Position numbers and translations under genes: made by a program. DNA of 20,475 bases from Verrucomicrobiota bacterium (GTDB lineage: Bacteria; Verrucomicrobiota; Verrucomicrobiia; Limisphaerales; CANJXF01), in assembly GCA_038214755.1 (NCBI GenBank), contig JBBQRQ010000091.1:1-20475 (forward strand), read 5' to 3'. Of the stretch, positions 8,771-17,619 are shown one piece after another; position 1 is the first letter of the stretch, and each line of letters starts with the position of its first letter. The notes beneath the pieces are model-generated. The model saw nothing but the letters and a program-made list of their open reading frames with translations, was not told where the DNA came from and did no database searches.

Positions 8771-8900
8771 GCTGAAAAGTTTTGCCCGGCTTGGTGTTGA
8801 ATTTCAACCAGACTAGCGGATGGTCGGCGTGGAAATTTTGAATCTTCCCAAACGGGTTTCCAGGATCAACGTTCGCGAATTGCAGTTTCACACGGCGTGA
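8771..8900 (+). pseudogene. Frameshifted, 5'-truncated DUF2283-like small gene remnant
   Basis: From 8776 the sequence reads KVLPGLVLNFNQTS. After a frameshift, from 8823 it reads VGVEILNLPKRVSRINVRELQFHTA-stop (8900). This resembles the DUF2283 pattern EV.PG.VLD.....VVG.EIL..SKR. Confidence 0.6.
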
Positions 8901-8965
8901 GTTTGGAGAGCGACGTCGCTCAGTCACGGTTGCCCTTTCGCTGATGCAATTCAAATTCTGCAATC

Positions 8966-8994
8966 TTGCAAATGCCGCATCGCGCTAGTAATTT
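8966..8994 (+). promoter_or_regulatory. Putative leaderless promoter of the antitoxin/PemK operon
   Basis: TTGCAA (8966-8971), 17 nt, TAATTT (8989-8994), 6 nt, ATG (9001). Confidence 0.55.
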
Positions 8995-9000
8995 TTTGCC

Positions 9001-9207
9001 ATGACCACGACGGTGAATGCGATTTACGAAGCGGGCAAACTCGTCCTGCCCGGGCCGTTGTCATTGCCCGAAAAATCCCGCGTGCGCGTGACCATCGAAT
9101 CCTCCGATGCCGAACGTGACGGGTGGCTGAAGCATTCCAAAGATTCTTTGATGAAGGTTTGGGACAACGCAGCGGATGACGTCTTCAATGAACTGCTCTC
9201 GAAATGA
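9001..9207 (+). CDS. AF2212-like / DUF104 family antitoxin
   Basis: N-terminal TVNAIYEAGKL.L..PL.LPE..RVRVTI pattern. The C-terminal W...S...L.KVWDN..DDVFNEL is typical of antitoxins that precede PemK genes. Confidence 0.8.
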   Translation: MTTTVNAIYEAGKLVLPGPLSLPEKSRVRVTIESSDAERDGWLKHSKDSLMKVWDNAADDVFNELLSK

Positions 9208-9312
9208 AGTGGTTCTTCTGCCGATTCCCTTCACGGATTTGACGAGCCGAAAAGTTCGTCCGGCAATTGTGATTGGCCGCAACGGCGCAGACTGTTTTTT
9301 TGTTTCGCCTAT
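9188..9312 (+). pseudogene. Truncated PemK/MazF-family toxin (N-terminal ~41 codons)
   Basis: MNCSRNEVVLLPIPFTDLTSRKVRPAIVI is a clear PemK N-terminus overlapping the antitoxin stop. Similarity ends where the convergent gene stops (9309). The frame then runs on as antisense sequence to 9391. Confidence 0.8.
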
Positions 9313-9932
9313 TCTCCAATCCGTCGCCACGCGCGTAACTGTTTGGACAACGATCCAAAACCATTTGGAAATCGACTTTCCAAAAATGTGATTTCGCTTG
9401 CGAGTTCTGCTGCGGCTTGAGTCATGCGTTCAGTTTCTAAGTTGATAGACGGCAAATCCACACCATACAGCCGCTGCTTCAACACCCGTTTTGAATAAGG
9501 ATCGGTCTGTTCTTTCAATCCCTTTTCCCAATTTGCTTCGGAAATATCGCTAAATTTTTTGCAAAGCCACCAGGCTTCAATAGCGGGTGAAGCAATTCCA
9601 ACGGCGACACGCAGCGGAGCGCGTCCACCTGTGGATTTTAAAGCGACTCGATTGCGCTCAACAATATCGAGGAGTTCGAGGAGGCGGTTTTTCTGTCCTT
9701 TTTCTGTGACGGAACTGTGATTTGAATCGGCTACTACGATTAGGCCATCGGCTTCGGTTTTATAGTGGAGTGCCTTGATAACAACGCCGAGTACGTTCCG
9801 AACAGAGGGCCAACCGCGTGAACGCAATGACGGGAGATCCACCGCAGTTGTTTTTACATTGAGAACTGCATCCGTGATGATGCGCAATGCTGCTTCATCC
9901 GCCGGAGATTCGCTGAGAATGGCGACGCGCAT
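9309..9932 (-). CDS. Hypothetical TOPRIM-like protein (DUF4276/RloB-like), partner of the ABC ATPase
   Basis: N-terminal strand followed by acidic ILSESPADE, a central IVVADSN, and SPAIEAWWL. Starts 6 nt after the ATPase stop. Confidence 0.62.
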   Translation of the reverse strand: MRVAILSESPADEAALRIITDAVLNVKTTAVDLPSLRSRGWPSVRNVLGVVIKALHYKTEADGLIVVADSNHSSVTEKGQKNRLLELLDIVERNRVALKSTGGRAPLRVAVGIASPAIEAWWLCKKFSDISEANWEKGLKEQTDPYSKRVLKQRLYGVDLPSINLETERMTQAAAELASEITFLESRFPNGFGSLSKQLRAWRRIGE

Positions 9933-9938
9933 TTATTT

Positions 9939-10940
9939 CTATGCAGGAACGCCACCCAGCACTCCGCTGTACCAAACTTCTCCGAGCGGCGCGTCGCCGA
10001 TGATTTCACGGAGTTGTTCGTCGTCTGCGAGACTTTTGAAAGTCGCTGTTCCATCCTTCTGCTTCTCAGCAATGATGATTTGTTCGGGATGCTCTTTGAA
10101 GAGATCAAGAAAGTAAGGCGAGTGCGTCGTCGCAATGATTTGGACGGGCTTGCGCTTCAATCCGAAATCAATGGGAAAGCTCAATCTGTAAAGCGCATCG
10201 CGCACATCACGGAGCAGCCGCGGATGCAATGCACGGTCTGGCTCTTCAAGTCCGATAATAGTTGGGGCGCCCGGTTGGTAAACTATCGCGAGAAGCGCCA
10301 GCGCAATCAGAGTTCCCTCACTCAATTCTGATGCAGGCACATGTAATTTAGTTGCGGATTGCCGGAGCGAAAGTTGTCGATATCCATTTTGGTCATTTTT
10401 AAAAACAATGCTGTCGAATTCGGGAAGCCATCGCTGAAATTCTGCGCGCAGATGATCGTAAGCATCTTCATCCTGATCGCGGAGATGAGTTAAAGCGCCA
10501 GCGAGATTATCTCCGATTTTATTTAATTCTTTTACATTTTGCGCATGGACCGGCTGAGACATTTTGGACGGTTCCAGTGCATACACTCGGACTGATTGGA
10601 AACATTCAGCCATGTTCTTTGAAAGTAATTGCGCAGGGGGAGATGATAAATTAGGAACGTTCAAATTTGTCTTACAAATCCCGCTAGCCACTGTAAATCC
10701 ACCCCATTCAGGCGAACCGCTTGGATTCCACCGCGCGTCTATGGAAAATTCTTTTGCCGTCGATCCAAGTGTACGAAACTCTCGATGTGCAAACTGATTT
10801 GGATTGGCGAGAATTTCAAAAGCCTGCAACACGCTTGTCTTGCCACTGCCATTTGGCCCGACAATAAGGTTGAAGGGACCAAGTTTGAGTTCAGCGTCTT
10901 TTAGCGCTTTGAAATTTTTGAACCGAATACCCGTTATCAT
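9939..10940 (-). CDS. Soluble ABC-type ATPase (AAA_15/AAA_21-like)
   Basis: Likely start [11 protein letters not shown] at 10940. Walker [10 protein letters not shown], signature LSEGT, Walker B/D-loop [14 protein letters not shown]-loop TTHSP, C-terminal [14 protein letters not shown]. Confidence 0.92.
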   Translation of the reverse strand: MITGIRFKNFKALKDAELKLGPFNLIVGPNGSGKTSVLQAFEILANPNQFAHREFRTLGSTAKEFSIDARWNPSGSPEWGGFTVASGICKTNLNVPNLSSPPAQLLSKNMAECFQSVRVYALEPSKMSQPVHAQNVKELNKIGDNLAGALTHLRDQDEDAYDHLRAEFQRWLPEFDSIVFKNDQNGYRQLSLRQSATKLHVPASELSEGTLIALALLAIVYQPGAPTIIGLEEPDRALHPRLLRDVRDALYRLSFPIDFGLKRKPVQIIATTHSPYFLDLFKEHPEQIIIAEKQKDGTATFKSLADDEQLREIIGDAPLGEVWYSGVLGGVPA

Positions 10941-10946
10941 GTTTCG

Positions 10947-10975
10947 ATTGTAGCTTTTGGATTCCACGTTGGGAA
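10947..10975 (-). promoter_or_regulatory. Putative leaderless promoter of the ATPase operon
   Basis: Minus strand TTCCCA, 17 nt, TACAAT, 6 nt, ATG (10940). Confidence 0.55.
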
Positions 10976-11050
10976 GCGAGTTTATGCCCTTTGCATCCCA
11001 AACCTTGTCCGCTAAATTTGCGGATTGCCTGATGGCAAAATTCGCGAGTC

Positions 11051-14000
11051 ATGTCGAAGGAATTTATTAGAATTGGCGGAGCGCGTGAGCACAATCTCAA
11101 GAATCTCACGCTCGAAATCCCGCGCGACAAACTGGTGGTCATTACCGGCTTGAGCGGCTCGGGAAAATCGTCGCTCGCCTTCGACACGATTTACGCCGAG
11201 GGCCAGCGCAAATATGTCGAGTCGCTCTCGGCTTACGCGCGTCAGTTCCTCGACCAGATGCAAAAACCGGACGTCGATTTCATCGAGGGACTTTCGCCCG
11301 CCATCGCCATCGAGCAACGCAGTTCCGGCACCGGCCCACGCTCGATCATCGCGACGACGACGGAGATTTACGATTATTTGCGCCTGCTCTTCGCGAACGT
11401 CGGCCAGGCGCATTGTCCCGAAACCGGCGAACCGATCACGCAACAAACCACCAGCGACATCGTGGATAAAATTCTGGCGTTGCCGCCGAAAACGCGCGTG
11501 ATGTTGCTCGCGCCGGTGGTGTCGGATCAGAAGGGAGAATTTCGCGACGTGATCGAACGGCTCGCGCGCGAAGGTTTCGTGCGCGCGCGCGTCGATGGCG
11601 AACTGGTCGAACTCAGCGCGAACGTGCGCGTGAAGATCGACGCGAAACAACGGCACACAATCGAAGCGGTGGTGGATCGGTTGGTGATCGATGAGAAAAT
11701 CCGCGTGCGCTTGAGTGATTCGGTGGAGACGGCGTTGCGCTGGGGAGAAGGGCGCGTAGTGGTTTTGCATCAGCCGCAGGAAGGGGAGTTTAAAGTTCAA
11801 GGTTCAAAGTTCAAAGTGGAAGAGCGTCGTGGGCCAAATGCTGATTCTCTCAACTCTCAACTCTCAACCCTCAACTCCGTTTGGACCGAGACGCTTCATT
11901 CCAATCGCAACTACAGCGCGGCGACGGGGAAAAGTTTTGAGACGCTGACGCCAAAACATTTTTCATTCAACTCACCCTCGGGTGCCTGCCCGGTCTGTCA
12001 TGGCCTCGGTCAGAAAATGGTTTTCGACGAACAACTCATCGTGCCCAATCAGGAAAAAACTTTGGACAAAGGAGCGGTCCTCCCGTGGCGTCGCGGTCGC
12101 AAGCGGATGATCGCCTACTACAAAAGTTTGCTGCGCGGAGTGGCGAGTCATTTTCAACAAAGTGTCGAAACGCCTTACAAGAATTTGCCGAAAGAATTTA
12201 AAAAAGTTTTGTTGCACGGATCGGGCGAGACGGAAGTTGAATTTACTTTTGTGCGATCGGGGAAGATCAGCCAGGTCCAACGCCCGTTCGAGGGCGTGAT
12301 TCCGAACATGGAACGTCTTTACGCCGAGAGCGAAAGTGAGTTCACGAAAAATCGGTTGAAAAGTTTTATGAACCCGCAGCCGTGCGATGCGTGCGGCGGG
12401 AAGAGATTGAAGCCTGAGATTTTGGCGGTGACGCTTTCCAACGCGGAACTCGGAACGGGGAACGCGGAAGGAAACTTCGCGGATCCGGTTCCGCGTTCCG
12501 CGTTCCGCGTTCCGAGTTTGAAGGTTCCCGGCCTTTCCATCATGGACGTTTGCGCCCTTTCGGTGGACGATGCCGAAGAATTTTTTGCGCAACTCAAGCT
12601 CACTGAGTTCCAGCAAAAAATTGCGAATGAAGTTGTTAAAGAAATTCGTTCGCGGCTCGGCTTCCTGAAAAACGTTGGTCTCGGTTACCTCACGCTCAAT
12701 CGCGAGAGCGGAACGTTGAGCGGCGGCGAAGCGCAACGCATTCGGCTCGCCACCCAAATCGGCGCGGGACTTGTCGGCGTTCTCTACATTCTCGACGAGC
12801 CGAGCGTCGGTTTGCACCAGCGCGATAATGATCGGTTGCTGAAAACTTTGGCCGGGTTGCGCGACCTCGGAAATTCCGTCCTCGTGGTCGAACACGACGA
12901 AGACACCATTCGTCACGCCGATTACATTCTCGACCTCGGCCCCGGCGCGGGCGTGCGCGGTGGGGAAGTTGTGGCTGCTGGAACTCTCGCGGAAATCGAA
13001 GCCAATCCACGTTCGCTGACCGGCCAATATCTCCGAGGTGAATTGTCCATCGCCGTTCCAAAAAAACGCACGAAGCCGTTTGCCGAACGCGGCGCGTTGG
13101 AAATTCTCGGCGCGCGCGAAAATAATTTGCAGAACATCGACGCGCGCATTCCGCTCGGCACGTTGACTTGCGTCACCGGCGTCAGCGGTTCCGGCAAGAG
13201 CACATTGATCGACGACATTTTGCGGCGCGCACTTTTCCGAAAACTTTACGGCTCGAAGGAACAACCCGGCGCGCATCGCGAAATTCGCGGCATCGAAAAT
13301 CTCGACAAAGTCATCGTCATTGATCAAACGCCGATTGGCCGCACACCGCGCAGCAACCCCGCGACTTACACCGGCATGTTCAATCAGATTCGCGATCTCT
13401 TCGCGAAATTGCCGTCGGCAAAAATCCGCGGCTACGGTCCCGGTCGATTCAGTTTCAACGTCAAGGGCGGGCGCTGCGAAAAATGTCAGGGCGATGGCTT
13501 GATCAAAATTGAAATGCATTTTCTGCCACCGGTTTATGTCACGTGCGAAAATTGCAATGGCCGACGTTACAATCGCGAGACGTTGGAAATTAATTTCAAA
13601 GGCATGAACATCGCGGACGTGCTCGACATGACCGTCGATGAAGCTTTGAATTTTTTTCGGGCGGTCCCGAAAATTTTCGATCCTTGTTTGACGCTCGCCG
13701 AAGTTGGACTCGGCTACGTTCATCTCGGTCAATCGGCGACAACGTTGAGTGGCGGCGAAGCGCAACGCATCAAACTCGCCGCCGAACTCAAGCGCAAAGC
13801 CACTGGTCAAACGCTTTACATTCTCGACGAGCCGACGACCGGTTTGCATTTTCACGACGTGGCAAAATTACTCGAAGTGCTTTTCAAACTTCGCAACAGC
13901 GGAAACACCCTTGTTGTGATCGAACACAATCTCGACGTGATAAAAACCGCCGATTGGATTATTGATCTCGGCCCGGAAGGCGGCGCGGGCGGCGGAAAAA

Positions 14001-14107
14001 TTGTCGCGCAAGGGACGCCGGAGCAAATCGCGCAAATTTCCGAAAGTTATACCGGCCAATATTTGAATCGAATCCTTGCGCCGAGCCCGTTAAAAAAAAT
14101 TGCGTGA
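11051..14107 (+). CDS. uvrA: Excinuclease ABC subunit UvrA with two in-frame repeat-derived insertions
   Basis: GAREHNLKN, two Walker A motifs ([16 protein letters not shown]), two LSGGEAQRI signatures, LDEP Walker B motifs and CxxC zinc motifs. Confidence 0.98.
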   Translation: MSKEFIRIGGAREHNLKNLTLEIPRDKLVVITGLSGSGKSSLAFDTIYAEGQRKYVESLSAYARQFLDQMQKPDVDFIEGLSPAIAIEQRSSGTGPRSIIATTTEIYDYLRLLFANVGQAHCPETGEPITQQTTSDIVDKILALPPKTRVMLLAPVVSDQKGEFRDVIERLAREGFVRARVDGELVELSANVRVKIDAKQRHTIEAVVDRLVIDEKIRVRLSDSVETALRWGEGRVVVLHQPQEGEFKVQGSKFKVEERRGPNADSLNSQLSTLNSVWTETLHSNRNYSAATGKSFETLTPKHFSFNSPSGACPVCHGLGQKMVFDEQLIVPNQEKTLDKGAVLPWRRGRKRMIAYYKSLLRGVASHFQQSVETPYKNLPKEFKKVLLHGSGETEVEFTFVRSGKISQVQRPFEGVIPNMERLYAESESEFTKNRLKSFMNPQPCDACGGKRLKPEILAVTLSNAELGTGNAEGNFADPVPRSAFRVPSLKVPGLSIMDVCALSVDDAEEFFAQLKLTEFQQKIANEVVKEIRSRLGFLKNVGLGYLTLNRESGTLSGGEAQRIRLATQIGAGLVGVLYILDEPSVGLHQRDNDRLLKTLAGLRDLGNSVLVVEHDEDTIRHADYILDLGPGAGVRGGEVVAAGTLAEIEANPRSLTGQYLRGELSIAVPKKRTKPFAERGALEILGARENNLQNIDARIPLGTLTCVTGVSGSGKSTLIDDILRRALFRKLYGSKEQPGAHREIRGIENLDKVIVIDQTPIGRTPRSNPATYTGMFNQIRDLFAKLPSAKIRGYGPGRFSFNVKGGRCEKCQGDGLIKIEMHFLPPVYVTCENCNGRRYNRETLEINFKGMNIADVLDMTVDEALNFFRAVPKIFDPCLTLAEVGLGYVHLGQSATTLSGGEAQRIKLAAELKRKATGQTLYILDEPTTGLHFHDVAKLLEVLFKLRNSGNTLVVIEHNLDVIKTADWIIDLGPEGGAGGGKIVAQGTPEQIAQISESYTGQYLNRILAPSPLKKIA
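11787..11876. repeat. Heptamer-repeat element inside uvrA: (RGTTYAA)x4, spacer, (CYCTCAA)x4
   Basis: AGTTTAA AGTTCAA GGTTCAA AGTTCAA at 11787-11814 and CTCTCAA CTCTCAA CTCTCAA CCCTCAA at 11847-11874. Confidence 0.88.
12440..12518. repeat. Heptamer inverted-repeat element inside uvrA: (AACGCGG)x4, 19 nt, (CCGCGTT)x4
   Basis: The arms 12440-12469 and 12489-12518 are reverse complements at 27/30 positions. Confidence 0.92.
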
Positions 14108-14138
14108 GTGAATCTCAAAATTCTTTTGTCTGATTGTT

Positions 14139-16811
14139 GTGCGCTATTTTCTGACATTTTTTTTCATGTGGAAAATTTGCTCCGCGCAAATTGCTTTCGC
14201 TGCTTCGAGCGCGGAAACGAAAACCTTCGTTGCCGCGGAAAAATTGCTCGACACGAAACTTTATGGTCTGGCCGAAACGGGTTTCGCGAAATTCGTGGAA
14301 CAGCATCCCGATTCAACGAACAAAGTCGCGGCGGTTCTCCATCAGGCGCAGGCGCGATTTTTTCAAACTAATTACGACGGCACTTTGGAACTTTTGCAGA
14401 AAGGATTCCCGGTTTCCGGGATGTTGGCTGACGAATATCAATTCTGGATTGGCCAAACATTTTTCGGAAAACAAAATTTCCAAGCGGCCGCCGACGCTTT
14501 TTCCGCGGTGGCAAAAAACTTTCCCGGTTCCTCGCGTCAACTCGAAGCGTGTTACCTAGAGGCGCTGGCCGAATCCAAACTGGACCATTGGCCCCGCGTG
14601 ATTGTGTTGCTTCAGACTCCGACCGGAAAATTTCAAGTCGCCGCCAAAACCCAGCCGGACAGCGCATTTTTTGTGGAAGGGAATTTGTTGCTGGCGGAGG
14701 CGTTGTGGAAAGAAAACCGTTTTGCCGAAGCAGAAAAAGTCATCACGCAACTCGATGGGCGCAACCTGACACCGGAGGCGAAATGGCGGCAGATATTTTT
14801 GTTGTGCCGAGTGCAAATGGCGGCGGGCGTTGCGGAAAACGCGCTGCGAACTTCGACCAATCTTTTAGCAGCGGCGCGAGAGACGGGTAATCGCGGGAAT
14901 TACGCGGCCTCGATTCTGTTGCGCGGCGAAATTTTGGCGAAGCTCGGTCGAATGCCGGAAGCCATTCAGGCTTACGAACAAAATCTTTCCGAAGGCAGCG
15001 TGACGAATGTCCCAAGCGAGATGCGGCGGCAATCTTTTTTCAAGACGATTGATTTGCTCCTCGCGCAAAAAGAAACGACCAACGCGATGCGCCGCCTGGA
15101 AAATTTCATCGAAAAAAATCCGGCGGATGAAGCGCTGGATTTGGCAAAAATTACCTTGGGTGAATTGTCTTTGAAACAATTCGTTGCGACGACTGCTGGA
15201 ACAAATCGGGTTCTCGTCGCAACCAATTTGTTCGAGCAGGCTCTGACCAATTTCAGCGCGGTCGTGACAAACTTTCCGCAAAGCCAGCATCTCGGGAAAG
15301 CGTATTTGGATCGAGGTTGGTGTCTTTGGATTCAGGAAAATATTTCAGCGGCAGAATCCGATTTCGAGGAAGCCACCAAACGTTTGCCCGCCTCGGAAGA
15401 TCAAGCGGTTGCTCGTTTCAAATTGGCCGACACTCAATTCCGGCAAACGAATTACGCGGCGGCTGTGACCAATTATCAATTGTTGATCGAGCGTCATGCC
15501 CGGCTGGAACGGGTGACTAACTCGCTTTTCGAGCCGGCGCTTTTTCAAATGGCGCGCGCCAGTTTGAAAATCGGAAACGATGCTGCCGCCACCAATGCGA
15601 TGCGCAAATTATTGGATTGGTTTCCCAACGGTTCGCTGGGCGAGCGCGGCGTCTTGTTGGTCGGGCAAACGTTTACTCGCGCCGGAAATCCTGGTGAGGC
15701 GCGGGAACTTTTTATAAATTTTCTCAGTCGATTTCCTGGCTCGCCGCTCGTCCCGGAAATCAAACTTGCGATTGCGCAGACTTATGTTCAGGAAGAAAAA
15801 TGGCCGGCTGCGCTCGCCGAATACGATGAGTGGGCGAAAAATTTCGCGGAGCATCCATTGCTGGCGCAGGGGGAATTTTCCCGCGCGCTCGCTTACGACA
15901 GAGCCAAGATGCAAACCAATGCGTTCATTTTGTTCACCAATTTCGTCGCGCGATTTCCTTCCAATCAACTCGCCGCCCTGGCGCAAAATTGGGTGGCGGA
16001 TTTTTATTGGAACCACGAGGATTTTCGCAACGCAGAAAAAAGCTATCAGGAACTTTATCAAAAATTCAATTCATCCCCGGACTTGGGCTACCGGGCCAGG
16101 TTGATGGCGGGACGCGCGGCGTATGACCGCTCGGACTACAAAGAGGCGGCGAAATATTTTTCCGATCTGATCACGCTGCTCGATCAGAACACGAACTCGC
16201 CGCCCGGATTGACCGACGAAGCATTGTTCGCGCTGGGCGATACTTACTTCCAGGATTTTTTATCGAACACGAACGAGGCCACGATGCGCGACGCGATTCA
16301 GGCCCTGACCCGAATTACAAAAAGTTCGACCAACACCATCGGCCTTTTGGCGACGGGACGAATTGGCGATTACTATTTTCAATGGGCGGGGCTGGACAGC
16401 GCTCAGGCTGAAGCTTCCTACAACAAAGCGCTCGACTATTATGGCGACGTTCTCAAGTCAGAAGTCGCGGACGTTTCCGCGCGCAGCCGGACGGAGGTGT
16501 GCGTTGGAAATATTTGCGTGAAAGTCGCCGAACTCAAATCGGGCGCGGACAAAAAGGCGTGGGCGGATGCGGCGCTGAATCATTACATGACCGTGGTCAA
16601 CGAAAGTAATTTGCGGGACGGCGAAACATTTGATCCCAAGTGGACTTATGAAGCGGGCATCGCGGCGGCGAAAATCTGCGAAGGTTCCGGGAATTGGGAA
16701 TCGGCGAAAAAAATTTATCAACGTCTCGCCGCAGCGCTGCCGGTCTTGCGACTCGCCTGCGAAAAAAAGATCGCGGCCTGCGAAATCCATTTGGAGACGG
16801 CGAAAAATTAG
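14139..16811 (+). CDS. Large exported tetratricopeptide-repeat protein (BamD/CpoB-like repeats)
   Basis: GTG start and hydrophobic signal-like N-terminus. Repeated helical units ending in FP.S with A.F..G/A..Y patterns. Confidence 0.85.
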   Translation: MRYFLTFFFMWKICSAQIAFAASSAETKTFVAAEKLLDTKLYGLAETGFAKFVEQHPDSTNKVAAVLHQAQARFFQTNYDGTLELLQKGFPVSGMLADEYQFWIGQTFFGKQNFQAAADAFSAVAKNFPGSSRQLEACYLEALAESKLDHWPRVIVLLQTPTGKFQVAAKTQPDSAFFVEGNLLLAEALWKENRFAEAEKVITQLDGRNLTPEAKWRQIFLLCRVQMAAGVAENALRTSTNLLAAARETGNRGNYAASILLRGEILAKLGRMPEAIQAYEQNLSEGSVTNVPSEMRRQSFFKTIDLLLAQKETTNAMRRLENFIEKNPADEALDLAKITLGELSLKQFVATTAGTNRVLVATNLFEQALTNFSAVVTNFPQSQHLGKAYLDRGWCLWIQENISAAESDFEEATKRLPASEDQAVARFKLADTQFRQTNYAAAVTNYQLLIERHARLERVTNSLFEPALFQMARASLKIGNDAAATNAMRKLLDWFPNGSLGERGVLLVGQTFTRAGNPGEARELFINFLSRFPGSPLVPEIKLAIAQTYVQEEKWPAALAEYDEWAKNFAEHPLLAQGEFSRALAYDRAKMQTNAFILFTNFVARFPSNQLAALAQNWVADFYWNHEDFRNAEKSYQELYQKFNSSPDLGYRARLMAGRAAYDRSDYKEAAKYFSDLITLLDQNTNSPPGLTDEALFALGDTYFQDFLSNTNEATMRDAIQALTRITKSSTNTIGLLATGRIGDYYFQWAGLDSAQAEASYNKALDYYGDVLKSEVADVSARSRTEVCVGNICVKVAELKSGADKKAWADAALNHYMTVVNESNLRDGETFDPKWTYEAGIAAAKICEGSGNWESAKKIYQRLAAALPVLRLACEKKIAACEIHLETAKN

Positions 16812-16819
16812 GATCGCTT

Positions 16820-16889
16820 GGAGCGCCGAACTCCCGTTCGGCTCGCCGTCTTCGCCTGTTCGCCGTGCCGATTGGGAAATCGGCGTTCC
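16820..16889. repeat. GGAG-type REP doublet downstream of the TPR gene
   Basis: GGAGC GCCGAAC TCCC GTTCGGC (16820-16842). The inverted arm is GGAAC GCCGATT TCCC AATCGGC (reverse complement of 16867-16889). Confidence 0.85.
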
Positions 16890-16928
16890 TATCCGGAAAT
16901 TTATTTCGGCGCAAAAATTTTACTCCGT

Positions 16929-16957
16929 TTGACACTCAATTCTCGCTCCGTTAACTT
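16929..16957 (+). promoter_or_regulatory. Sigma70-type promoter of the Fe-S carrier gene
   Basis: TTGACA (16929-16934), 17 nt, TAACTT (16952-16957), 9 nt, ATG. Confidence 0.7.
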
Positions 16958-16966
16958 GCTCGCGTC

Positions 16967-17317
16967 ATGAACACGACTGAACAAACTGAATCGGTAGTCT
17001 CCGTCACCGAGAGCGCCGCCAACGAAATCAAGGCGATGCTCACTCGCGAAAAAGACAGCGCGGGAAAAGGTCTCCGCGTCTATGTCGAGGGCGGCGGTTG
17101 TTCTGGGATGCAATACGGAATGGTCTTCGACGAAAAGCGTCCGGATGATTTCGCAGCGGAACTCAATGGCGTTTCCGTTTTAGTCGATCCGTTCAGTGCC
17201 AATTACATTCGCGGCTCGGTGGTGGATTTTAGCGATGCGCTGACCGGCGGCGGTTTTAAAATCACCAATCCCCAGGCCAAACAGAGTTGCGGTTGCGGAA
17301 AATCTTTCGAAGCCTAG
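16967..17317 (+). CDS. A-type iron-sulfur cluster carrier (HesB/IscA/ErpA family)
   Basis: LRVYVEGGGCSGMQY and NPQAKQSCGCGKSF motifs carry the three conserved cysteines. Confidence 0.96.
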   Translation: MNTTEQTESVVSVTESAANEIKAMLTREKDSAGKGLRVYVEGGGCSGMQYGMVFDEKRPDDFAAELNGVSVLVDPFSANYIRGSVVDFSDALTGGGFKITNPQAKQSCGCGKSFEA

Positions 17318-17344
17318 GCGGCAGAAACTGTAAGGCTGAACCAT

Positions 17345-17376
17345 GCCGTTCCGTGCGATGCGGAACGGCTTTTTTT
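17345..17376 (+). terminator. Rho-independent terminator
   Basis: GCCGTTCCG-tgcgatg-CGGAACGGC followed by 7 T, 28 nt after the stop codon. Confidence 0.88.
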
Positions 17377-17419
17377 GCAGGCGCGTTTCCAGGGATGTGA
17401 TCTTAACTGGCGGTCAGTT

Positions 17420-17571
17420 GTAGCGCAGGATTGCATCCTGCCGTATCGCAGGTTTTCAACCTGCGAGATGCCGCCAGAAGGGGAGACTTTCGAACAACTA
17501 AAAGCTTTCTTTATTTGCGACATTCAGCCGGTTTCAAACCGGCGATACAGCAGGATGCAATCCTGCGCTAC
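17420..17571. repeat. GTAG-type REP doublet with two hairpins per arm (REPIN/MITE-like, 152 bp)
   Basis: The 30-bp terminal inverted repeats (17420-17449 and 17542-17571) have one mismatch. Inner hairpins are CGCAGGTT-TTC-AACCTGCG and GCCGGTTT-C-AAACCGGC. Confidence 0.92.
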
Positions 17572-17619
17572 GTGACTTTCCAAGCTAGACTTGAACGACC
17601 ACGCGTTTAGCTTTTCGTC

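Noticed and set aside
10980..11050. LexA/SOS box upstream of uvrA
   Set aside because: I could not identify a convincing palindromic operator by eye.
11972..13855. 627-aa ORF on the minus strand
   Set aside because: Antisense shadow of uvrA with no recognisable motifs. Such shadows are common opposite conserved genes with biased codon use.
17314..17575. Short ORFs 17314-17523 (-) and 17375-17575 (+), also 18930-19148 (+)
   Set aside because: They coincide with the terminator and REP elements. The peptides are repeat translations.
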